The notes below the pieces were generated by a model. The model made no database searches, was not told the DNA's origin, and worked only from the letters and a program-made list of their open reading frames with translations. From positions 406,356 to 470,355 of the forward strand of contig JAAOMT010000239.1 in assembly GCA_016748015.1 (NCBI GenBank): 64,000 bases of DNA, given 5' to 3'. The position numbers and the translations under genes are program-made. Within the stretch, counting starts at the first letter, position 1. Each line of letters opens with the position of its first letter. The DNA is from Geosiphon pyriformis uo1. Taxonomy: Eukaryota > Fungi > Glomeromycota. Of the stretch, positions 53,601-64,000 are shown piece after piece.

Positions 53601-56600
53601 ACAAAGAAGGAACGTGTGATGCAACTTGCCAATACATGATCCTCATCTGTGACTGGATAAGAGGAGGAACGCCATTCGAAGCAGCATTCAACAGAGTGTT
53701 AAAAAAACTACAGCACTACCCACACGACGAGGACAAGTTGTACAATACTGCACAAGCCAAAGTAAGAGGAGGAACCGCTGAAGAAATACGGCATTGAAAA
53801 GAGTCAGCCAAAGTAGCTGACGAAGTCGCCAGCTACAACATGTTCAACCCAGTAGACAAATTCCAGGACTACTACCAACAACTATGCCCCACTCGACAAG
53901 AGCAAGAACAATACCTCGCCCAAATCAACACTTACCTCTGCGAAAACTGTCTCATCCCATGCCAAAATCAGTGCTGTGAAGAGTGTCAAGATGAAAGAGA
54001 CTTAGAAAGAAAAATGGAAATTGAGAATCAGCAGTCTCAAAATCAATCAATAAATCAACAAGACTCACCTGACAGTCTTGAGTCAGAAAAATTTGTAGCC
54101 TATACTGACCTAGAACAGGTGACCGACATCCAATACTTCGACAACGGGCACTTAGGAATAATACCCGAAAGAGCCCATCCAACTGACGCCGAATTCAATC
54201 TACGTTATCCGGAAGACCAATCCACAATGTTACCACCCAGGAGCATCACCAAAATTGACCTAAAAATAGCGGTTGAAATTCCGTCAGGAATAATGGTTCA
54301 AATGGCGTCACAATCAAGCCTTGCGAAAAAAGGAATAAGCGTTCAAGGAGAAGTAATTGACTCCGAATACACTGGAAATTTGATGGTTTTGCTACAGAAC
54401 AATTCAGAAAAGCCTTATACCATTGAATCTAAGGAAAAGATTGCACAAGCAATTTTCCTACCATTGGTAAAAATTGGGAAATTCATGCCAGTGGAAAATC
54501 ATGAGGAATTGTCACAAACAACGAAAGAAACTTTTGGTTTTGAATCGATAGGAAAAGGAATTGAAGCGAATTTTGCTGAAACAATAGAGGAAAAAGGTGA
54601 AGTAATTAAAAATGAGCGGTCCATCATGCTCCTACCATATGAAAAATCAGAAATAAGAATAAAAAGGACAATTAAAGAAAAAGACCTAATATTTGAGCCC
54701 TACTCAGAAACTTGCCAACAGTTTCTCATAGGACTTACTAACCTTTTTATTTCAGCTGATAAAGCTCAATGGATAAAAATTTCTATCGCAAACACCACAG
54801 AAGAACCCGTCTACATTCCGGAAGATACTATCATTGGATACCTCGGAACGGAGCTAGAAAATGTGTCAACATTACAAGAAATTCTAAATTTCCCAGAAAT
54901 CGCCCTCTACTGTGAACTCACTTCAATAAATTGGCAACAACTGTTAAAATGCTATCAATTTACGCCAAAAGAATTGGCCAAATTAAACATTAGAACAATG
55001 GATCCTGACCAACAGTAACAATTAAAAGCATTAATTTTAAAATACTCTGATATATTTTCAAGAAATGGCAAATTTGGAAGAACCAACTTGGTTCAACACC
55101 AAATCCCCACTGGAGATGCCAGATCTGAAAAACAATGTGCTTACCGTGTCCCACCAATGGAGCATAATTTTATCAGAGAAGAAGTCCAAAGCATGTTGGA
55201 AAAAGGAATAATACAACCATCAATGAGCCCATGGTCCTTACCAGTTGTTTTAGTAAGGAAAAAAAACGGAAAAATTAGATTTTGCATCAACTATCGCAAA
55301 CTAAACAGCAAAACAACCAAAGACTCATACCCAATACCATTAATTGACGAAATTTTTGATGTTTTTGGAGGAGCAAAATGGTTTTCTACACTGGACTTGA
55401 GCAGTGGGTACTGGCAAGTGGAAATGGACCCAAAAGACAGGCATAAAACAGTATTCACAACACAAAATGGCAATTATGAGTTCAATGTAATGCCATTTGG
55501 ATTAACAAATGCTTCCGCGACATTCCAAAGACTAATGGACATAATTTACTCCAGAATCCTGTGGCAATCCGTTGTTGTCTACTTGGATGATACAAATGTT
55601 TTCTCGTCAAAATTCATGGATCATCTCCAACATTTACAACAAGTTTTTGAGAGATTGAGACATGTTGGACTTAAACTAAATCTAGAAAAATGTTTCTTTG
55701 AGAAAAATGAGCTAGTATTTTTAGGATACATAGTTGGAAAAGATGGAATAAAACCAGATCCATCAAAAATAGACAAAGTGAAAAATTTTCCAGTACCTCG
55801 AAATGTTTCAGAAGTTAGAAGCTTTTTAGGACTCGCATCTTACTACCGCTGCTTTGTAGAAAACTTTTCAAACATCGCCAAACCCCTTAATTACCTACTA
55901 TCTAAAAATGTGAAGTTTGAATGGACTGAAGCACAACAAAAAGCTTTTGAGTACCTTAGACAAAAGCTCATTGAATTACCAATAATGATCTATCCGAATT
56001 TCAACAAGAAATTCATTTTGGCCACAGATGCCTCTGGAACTGGACTTGGAGCCATTCTGTCACAAAAAGATGATAATGAAAGAGAACGTGTAATTGCTTA
56101 TGCCAGCAGAAGTCTCAGTACAGCAGAACAAAACTACGCAGCATATGAACTTGAATGCTTAGCAGTAGTCTGGAGTTGTGTTTACTTTGACACATATTTA
56201 CAGTACCAACTCTTTGAGATTACGACAAATCATAGAGGTCTGGTCTGGTTAAATAACAAGAAAGCGCTAAAAAGAAAATATGCCAGATGGTCACAAATNN
56301 NNNNNNNNNNNNNNNNNNNNNNNNNNNNNNNNNNNNNNNNNNNNNNNNNNNNNNNNNNNNNNNNNNNNNNNNNNNNNNNNNNNNNNNNNNNNNNNNNNNN
56401 NNNNNNNNNNNNNNNNNNNNNNNNNNNNNNNNNNNNNNNNNNNNNNNNNNNNNNNNNNNNNNNNNNNNNNNNNNNNNNNNNNNNNNNNNNNNNNNNNNNN
56501 NNNNNNNNNNNNNNNNNNNNNNNNNNNNNNNNNNNNNNNNNNNNNNNNNNNNNNNNNNNNNNNNNNNNNNNNNNNNNNNNNNNNNNNNNNNNNNNNNNNN

Positions 56601-57464
56601 NNNNNNNNNNNNNNNNNNNNNNNNNNNNNNNNNNNNNNNNNNNNNNNNNNNNNNNNNNNNNNNNNNNNNNNNNNNNNNNNNNNNNNNNNNNNNNNNNNNN
56701 NNNNNNNNNNNNNNNNNNNNNNNNNNNNNNNNNNNNNNNNNNNNNNNNNNNNNNNNNNNNNNNNNNNNNNNNNNNNNNNNNNNNNNNNNNNNNNNNNNNN
56801 NNNNNNNNNNNNNNNNNNNNNNNNNNNNNNNNNNNNNNNNNNNNNNNNNNNNNNNNNNTTCATACCAGCAGTACTACTAGCATATAGAACAGTAAAACAA
56901 GATACTACACAATTCACACTATTTGAACTAGTTTATGGAAGAAAAGCCACATTACCTGTTGAACTTACTATCCCAACTTATCCAAGTGACACTATCACGG
57001 AAGCAACATTCCAGGAAACACTACTTAGAAGAACATACAAATTAATGGGAACTTTAGAAAACAAAAGAAGAAAAGCAGCACAAAATATTGAACAATCACA
57101 AGAACAACAAAAAGTGAGACATGATAACCAGTTACCAGATAATATAATTAGCTACAAAATTGGAGATAAAGTATTGTTGCATCGTATAAAAATGGAAAAA
57201 CAGTGGAGTGGAAAATTTGATCACAAGTGGGATGGACCATTTTATATTCATGAAATACTTGGAAATGGAGCATACAAGCTAAGACTAAATAATAAAATAT
57301 TAAGAAAAGCAGCACATGGTAACCGGCTAAAATTCTATTACAGTAAACCAGTAATAACAACAAAAACACCCAGAATTGGAACACAATTACCTTTAATTCT
57401 ACCAGAACAAATTCCACGAGATTTAGAACCAATAGTTTTAATTGAACATTATTTGAAAAGATAA
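50678..57464 (+). pseudogene. Single-frame gag-pol of Gypsy B
   Basis: ORF-track pieces 50678, 53051, 53432, 53840 and 55088 share one frame, broken by four stops (52949, 53360, 53795, 55016). Knuckle CHFCKRIGHLISQC, PR LILDSRSA, dUTPase, RT YLDD, RNase H TDAS...NYAAYELECL, integrase C-terminus KWDGPF after the N gap at 56299-56858. Confidence 0.93.
56299..56858. other. Assembly gap (N run) covering most of the Gypsy B integrase
   Basis: Run of N characters; a second 20-N gap lies at 50238-50257. Confidence 0.99.
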
Positions 57465-57548
57465 TTAATCTTAGATCACAGCAAAAATGATTTAACAACC
57501 ATAAAAACGCATGTAAAAGATTTCAAAATAACAGTCAAAATTAAAACA

Positions 57549-58217
57549 ATGATACTTATTCCAGAAAACATCAACAATATAACTCAACAATTAGTTGAAA
57601 GCTTACAACAATTAAAATCTGATCTAGAAATTACAGTTAATAGCTCCAAAATAACATACATAAAAAGAACAATAGAAAATCCAAAAACAAGAAAAGAACA
57701 TAATTTCAAACCATATAATATTGCCAAATATAACAACAAATTTATTAGCAAAGTTATTGAAAAATTAGAGATAGCATTGGGCAATACATTAATAATGGAA
57801 GAAATAGAAATAAGTGAATTAACACCAGACACATTTAGCAACTTGAAAACGAAATTTTCAATTAATTACTGTTATTATCAACTAGGAAAGCACTTGAACA
57901 TACAAACATTATACTCAAAAGACTCAACTAGAGTGTTTGACAAAACAACTATCCAACTATTAGAATCTTTCATTGGAAAAACCAATACTACATTCCATTC
58001 AAAAACAGTTTACAGAATTTTCAAAGCATTTGAAAACTGTCACAAATTATTGTTGGACCCAACCATGAACATAATAACAATCAACAGTATTGGACGACTT
58101 ACCAACTTGCAATTTCAAGAATTACAACAACAAATTAATAACACAGTATTGAACCACTATAGTAACTTAGAATTTAATGAAGAAATTAACTTTGATTTCG
58201 ATGGAGCTCAATCTTGA
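57549..58217 (+). CDS. Extra 3' ORF (ORF3) of Gypsy B, 222 aa, unknown function
   Basis: Intact ATG-TGA ORF between integrase and PPT, homologous to ORF3 of element A. No signal peptide or transmembrane stretch is visible. Confidence 0.8.
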   Translation: MILIPENINNITQQLVESLQQLKSDLEITVNSSKITYIKRTIENPKTRKEHNFKPYNIAKYNNKFISKVIEKLEIALGNTLIMEEIEISELTPDTFSNLKTKFSINYCYYQLGKHLNIQTLYSKDSTRVFDKTTIQLLESFIGKTNTTFHSKTVYRIFKAFENCHKLLLDPTMNIITINSIGRLTNLQFQELQQQINNTVLNHYSNLEFNEEINFDFDGAQS

Positions 58218-58230
58218 AAGAAGGGGATAA

Positions 58231-59097
58231 TATTATGGTTTAAGAATTTAGCAAAAAGAATCATAAAAATAATACAAACTATTCAATCATAATATAGCAC
58301 AGTAATAATCTTAGAAAGGTAATGATTAACATAGTAGCAAATACCATCTTGCGATAGTGGCAAGCACCAGTTCACAATAGCAGCCAACACCAACTGGTAA
58401 TAGCAGCAAACACCAGGTTGAAATATCAAAAAGAAAGTATTTTCTTGTAGAACTACAAACATGTATATATACAGTAGTTTTAATATTAGGAAATAATCAA
58501 TCAAGTAATAAAAATCATAACTTATCAAGCAACAGATCCAATTTTATCCAACAAACTCCACTTTAAATCATACTTTCAAATTAAATATCCCAAGAAACCT
58601 TTAAAAATCAAAAAGAAATGAAAAAAAATATTTAAAACGGAACTATCACAACCCAAAGTATTAAGAAACTTACTTGTATTATTTATTGAATGAAACTATC
58701 ATTCATCAACTGAATCCCTTGGAAGAATAATCCTTGATCAAGATTATTCATGTTGTTACTAATTGATAAAAGCTTTATTGTGAGAATTAGAAAAGCACTA
58801 AAGACTATTAACATTCTGTGTTTCTAGATTAGAGAAACACATCAGACAATTGCAAGGATAGCCTCAGAGAAGACCCCAAACAGTGGGTAGATTTCAGTTC
58901 AGCCTCTGAGAAGGAGTACATAAACACACACAACAATCAAGAATTAAAGAATAACTTACATCGCAACAGTAAAAAGAAAGCCTTCAGTGTAACAGTGACA
59001 TTATCACACAAATAGAATTAAGGAACTCACGAAAGACTGATTGCAATTAAAGCAGGATATCTGCAATTAAATATAACAAGAAAACCATCCTGTAACA
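58231..59097 (+). repeat. 3' LTR of Gypsy B
   Basis: TATTATGG (mutated TGTTACGG)...CCTGTAACA, preceded by the PPT. Confidence 0.92.
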
Positions 59098-60212
59098 ACA
59101 TCTTATTAGCAACTATTACTAAGAATAAGTTATTTGTCATTATATTCTCTTTTAAATTGGAAGACTAAATTAAAACACTGTTATTTAATAGAGCTGCTTT
59201 CAACATTAAATTAATTACTGTTATATATACTGATATCAAAGTTAATGGCCAATTTATCAAACTAATTTTTAATAATGGTTTAATAAACAACATTATCACA
59301 TGACAACTTATAGACCAATTAAGTTACTAAGTTGATTATGCTATCAGTAACAGAATTATTACTATTAATAGAATAACTAAGACTTTTATTAGTAAAATTA
59401 ACAACTTTCTATTTGAAATTAACAATATTATTATGTTCATTAAAGTTTTGATAATGAAAGTCATGTAATATTAAGCTCTAGTTAATAATAACTAATTATT
59501 CAAAATCAATATTGTGTTCGACTAAAATACTTAAAAACTTTAGTTAACATATACCAAACAGCATAATTAAGTTCCAGCTATTTGTAACCAATTCAAAACA
59601 ATCACTATTATTTAATTACTGCCACTAATTAAGTTTAAAAAAGAAAAAAAAAAACCTATCTGAAAAATCTACCAAGTATTATAAGCTGAGAAAAAACATA
59701 ATAAATTATTATTAATACTTACTTAAAAAAAAAAAAGGAAAAAAAAACAAATCTTAAGCCACTACTATCATAAAGAAACTAGTAAGTGGTTGGGATATCT
59801 TATATTTACCATTAATACTAAGAAAACATTTACTTTATATTCCATTCAGATATATAAATTGTAATAAAAAGCTTTTATCTATGGGAGCTTACATCTTACC
59901 AAAAAAAGAATACAAAATATGTACCTAATATTATTATAAAACATGCTACCAAAAATATTTTAGATGACCAAAACAACAAGAGAAATGAGACAATAAATCT
60001 TGTTTAATCTGTGAAGAGACCTTATTTGAAAAAAAAAATATAAAACAACATTTTTAGTTGTGGAAAAATATGTAATATATCATGTTAATACACAATTTTT
60101 ATTAATAACTGAATAAGCAGAAAAATGCTTTTTAATGCCATATAGAACAGAACTCTTTTATGTTTGAATAATTACTCACATGATAAAGATAAAATCTGGC
60201 AAATGACAAATA

Positions 60213-60819
60213 CAGAGGGTGTCCAAAAGTTTCCGAACAAGATTTTATTTAACAATAATATTTATTTTTTTATAAAATAAAACAAAATAAACAAAATATT
60301 TATAATTTTATAGTAATTTTCTAAATTTTTCCATTAAGTGTTACTAAACGTTTAAGTCGGCGATATTTTTGGTGAGTAAATAAATGTGGACGTCCTGAAC
60401 GAGGTCTTGAATCAATTGAACCAGTTTCTTTAAATCGTTTTATTGTATCCGAAACTGTTGTCAAGCTGCAATTGACTATGTTGGCAATATCACGATATTT
60501 CTTGCCATGCTGTTGTAATAAGCATATAGTATTACGTTGAGCAATCGTTAATTCTTTTTTTGCTCCCATTTCGTTTTAATAAAAACGACGAAAAAATCTT
60601 ATATGCGCGTTACATTTCATTTTTATAAAAAAACGAGTATGAATAAAATCGATTAGGCGCGTCGCGAAAAAACATTATAGACGTGTGTTTAAAAAAATAA
60701 AAAACGCGTAATTAAATAATTAACTAACTTAATTTAGTAATAAACTCGTGCTTTTCTAATTATTCAAGAATGTGGAATGTTACTCCAAAGTTTGTTCGGA
60801 AACTTTTGGACACCCTCTG
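60213..60819 (-). mobile_element. Non-autonomous Tc1/mariner deletion derivative (607 bp)
   Basis: Perfect 28-bp TIRs CAGAGGGTGTCCAAAAGTTTCCGAACAA (60213-60240 and 60792-60819), with TA on both sides. Confidence 0.95.
60321..60569 (-). CDS. Truncated Tc1-type transposase: N-terminal HTH DNA-binding region only (82 aa)
   Basis: MGAKKELTIAQRNTICLL...YRDIANIVNCSLTTVSDTIKRFKETGSIDSRPRSGRP is the Tc1 paired-like HTH plus the GRP(R) hook. No DDE domain. Confidence 0.85.
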   Translation of the reverse strand: MGAKKELTIAQRNTICLLQQHGKKYRDIANIVNCSLTTVSDTIKRFKETGSIDSRPRSGRPHLFTHQKYRRLKRLVTLNGKI

Positions 60820-63090
60820 TACTAAAGTCAAAGGTGTTTTATCTAGTGAGATATTGGTAATCAAAACCAATCTATCAGAACCCATTAAAACCATTTTCAT
60901 TTCAAACTTAGACATTTTTGTTGACATTATAAGTAATCCAGAACAATCCTATGAATATTATCAAGATCTAGCAATTAAACACTAAATTTTATAAATATTG
61001 TTTAATTTTTAGTGACTTCGAATATTATAATAATTGTGATCTTATTTACAATCTACTATCATACATAATTTATTCAATCTCCAAAAAAAAAGAACTAATC
61101 AGCAATTGTACTTAAAATTGGAATCAGAAATTAATTCCAATTTAAATTCCAATAATAATAACAACAACAATGGTTCCAATACTGTTTATAATGGCAATAA
61201 CAACAACAACAAATTAAACTTAAACTACAATTCCAAACAATATATTGTGCTTTTAAATCTTTAAAAGAAGCAGAAACTTAAATGATTCAGCAATAATAAT
61301 ATCTTTATTATTATGGTTGAAACTCACACTTTTTATTAGTTATCACATGTATTAGCCACTAATGTCATATAATTAGCCACTCTATTTTTAGATAGTGATC
61401 ATTAATCTAGTTATTGACCACTTTTGATAGCTATATAAGTGATGAATTTCTTAGCTATAAAATAGCATGTCAAAAATCAAGAAAATAAAATAAATAAAAT
61501 AACAACTTTTATCTCAATCCTTTTCTTATCACTAATTTTTCTTTTCTTATCTTCAAGTATTTAAACATCTTGGGATAAAAAATTACTTGTTGGTTATTTC
61601 CTACCTATTTTCTGAAACATGTAATTATAGTATTTGAAGATTATTAAATAAAACATGACTGAAGAGTACATTTGATACCTGACATTGAATTTTAAGAGCA
61701 CCAATGTGAGGCATAGAATTATACCAGATGTGATTATTTGTTGACAGTACAGATTATTTTTTTATCTTAAAAAGTATAATGATTGAGATATTTTATGAGA
61801 CTGATCTCATACATTGAATCTATACTCATTTAATTCATTTTTTGAAGTTGAATTTTCTTTGATTTCTTTTATTATCCTACAATTCTGTTCTCTCTTGCTA
61901 TTTATTAGCTTGTTACTCCAATCTATAACAGTATTATATTAAAATGTGCACATAATACTAATACAGGATTTGATTTTTAATATCCAAAAAAAATTGCCAT
62001 CAAATTAAAATTCCATTTATGTATCAGCATAAATTTAAAGATAATATTAGAAATTTTGACAACAATAATAGTTCAATTAATTTCTAAATCTAGTTTAGCA
62101 AAAAAAATTTAACATCAGAAAAAAAATATTTAATACAGAATATATAAGAAATATTATTGTAATATTACAAAATAAGTTGAAAAAAGCATATATAATAAAA
62201 CTAAATAAAAAAATAACACAGACAATATTTCTGTTTTTTGTAAAAATAGCTCAGTTAATATTAGTAAAAACAAAAAAAAAATTGGGAATAACAGCAAAAA
62301 AAATAAATAGATTTGAATTTACAGATAAAATAAAGATATTAGTAAATATAATAAAAAAAAATTAATTAATTAGGGAGAAATTATCTCTATCTATTAATTA
62401 CTTTCTATTCTACTATATAATCAGTATATATTAGTTATTAAGAAGAAAGTAAAAAACCAACTTCAGATTTTTGAAGTAGATTTTACTATTTGTAAATTAG
62501 AAAAAATTGTCATTACTAATCTTTACATATTAGCCAAAAACCATAAACACATTAAAATTTTAATATACAACACAACCAAAAATTTAATAAAAATATTAAG
62601 CAGAACTATTATTAGATACTTAAATATTAAAATTAAAGATCAAATACCAATTATTATTTCAGATTTTTTACAACTTTGTAAATATGTAGATATTATATCA
62701 CAAACTATCTATAAATAAAAAAAATGATATTTATTATATCCAAAACAATTAGAACAAATGAATTTAGAAAACTTATATCTATTTTAACATATGTAAATCA
62801 AGCTGCTACTCAAAAATTTTACTATTTTTACAAGTGAAAATAAAATTGACAAAACTAATATTATTTAGCACCAGATCAAAACTAAAAATGTAATACCAAT
62901 TAAACAAAGAACATATTAAATATTATTTGCTAGTCATAAAATTATTCATTAAGAAATTAACTGTATATTAAACAAATAATTAATTCAATTATTAATAAGT
63001 CTATAGTTATTATTAATAGTACTTATTTGGAAAAAAAATAGAAAGATTTACTTTTGTGTAAATTATAAAAAACTCAAAAGTATTACTTAT

Positions 63091-63700
63091 TGTTATAAGT
63101 AATTATTTAGAATATTGAAACAAATAACAAATTTGTAATTTGGTGTTTAATAGCTGTTAATAATAATAATTTTTGAAGATTTTGTAGTTTAAAAGGTTTT
63201 AGTTGAGTTTTTTATATAATAGACAGAGATTTAATTAATAGTTTTTCCCAATTTCTGTCTTTAGTATAATAACCAGTTTATTTTAATAGTCATGTTTTTT
63301 TGGTAAACTATCTTTAAGTTTTTCTATTTTTGTTTTATGGGTTTTTTATCAGGTTATCTTTGATGTTAATTATTTAGTACTTAATTTTTTTATCAATTAA
63401 TAAACAATAAAAAAATAAAAAAAATAAAAAAATAAAAAAAAATTAGTATCTTGTTAATAATCATGATTAAGAACTATTGGTCTAATGTGATTAGTATTAG
63501 ATTCTATTAACATGAATTGTTAATAGTACAAAATTGATTAATATTTCTTAATTAAACAATAATAACATAAATTTACATAATAAAAGATATTTTTATTGAT
63601 ATAAGTATAATTTTACTTTAAGTTATAGAAAACTATCTTTTAAAAAGAGAAATATTAAATAATTACTTGTCTTTAACTACTGTTTTTTCTAACTGGTTTG
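63091..63700 (-). repeat. Decayed LTR of the A/C family in inverted orientation
   Basis: The reverse complement of 63091-63280 aligns with 47585-47780 (ends ...TATAACA). The A-tract at 63400-63440 plus ATTAGTATC...CTATTGGTCTAA mirrors the LTR poly(T) segment. Right boundary is approximate. Confidence 0.75.
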
Positions 63701-64000
63701 AATTTTTTTTTTGCTTTTAACATTTTTATTATATATATATAATTTATGTTATATAAAATTTCTTAAAATTCTGCAATTTCTTGAAAAAAATTCTGAAATT
63801 CTGGAATTTTGCAATTTCTTCAAAAAAATTCCAGATTTTTTTTTTACTATGCCTATTTCTAATTGGTTATTTTATCTACTTATTATAATTTTTAATTTTT
63901 ATGAATAATAATATAGCAATCTTTTAAACAAAATCAATTATTAATAAGAAAAAACATTTAAATCCAAACCAATATTTTTTATTTTGGCCAACAAATTCAA

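Larger units (their letters stand above)
49977..59097 (+). mobile_element. Ty3/Gypsy LTR retrotransposon B with dUTPase and an intact extra 3' ORF
   Basis: LTRs at 49977-50595 (contains an N gap) and 58231-59097; TSD ATAT/ACAT; PBS TGGTGAACCCTATGAGG at 50598-50614; PPT GAAAGAAGGGGATAA. Confidence 0.95.

Noticed and set aside
56280-56917. ORFs spanning X runs
   Set aside because: Artefacts of the N gap; only the flanking RNase H and integrase segments are real.
57549-58217. Calling ORF3 an envelope gene
   Set aside because: No signal peptide, transmembrane helix or furin-type site; position alone is insufficient.

Overview
Eukaryotic, intron-rich, AT-rich DNA. The short GT-AG introns, gene set and transposon landscape fit an early-diverging fungus, probably Glomeromycotina (inference). 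The left part (1-27.6 kb) is gene-dense: M17 leucine aminopeptidase (partial), a five-exon BORCS7-like gene missed by the ORF track, listerin LTN1, neuroguidin/Lcp5, a KCTD-type BTB protein, an SRRM1-like PWI protein, a coactosin-like ADF-H protein, a Spindle-E/TDRD9-like DExH helicase and a DEAD-box helicase. An ORF1-only non-LTR retroelement is inserted at 12.9-15.2 kb. The right part (27.6-64 kb) is a nested transposon stack: a MULE remnant, then an ancient decayed Ty3/Gypsy element (C) into which two younger Gypsy elements (A, B), a full-length RNase H-bearing LINE, a Tc1 derivative, an unexplained ~630-bp insert and an inverted LTR have landed. The most notable observations are: (i) a LINE and an ORF1-only partner sharing termini and a 3' UTR with compensatory base changes and a possible pseudoknot; (ii) Gypsy elements carrying an uncharacterised multi-zinc module plus dUTPase between protease and RT, a conserved extra ORF in the env position, and an LTR sequence complementary to their own PBS; (iii) a Spindle-E/TDRD9-like helicase in a fungus. 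All homology calls come from motif recognition by eye; no database searches were run.
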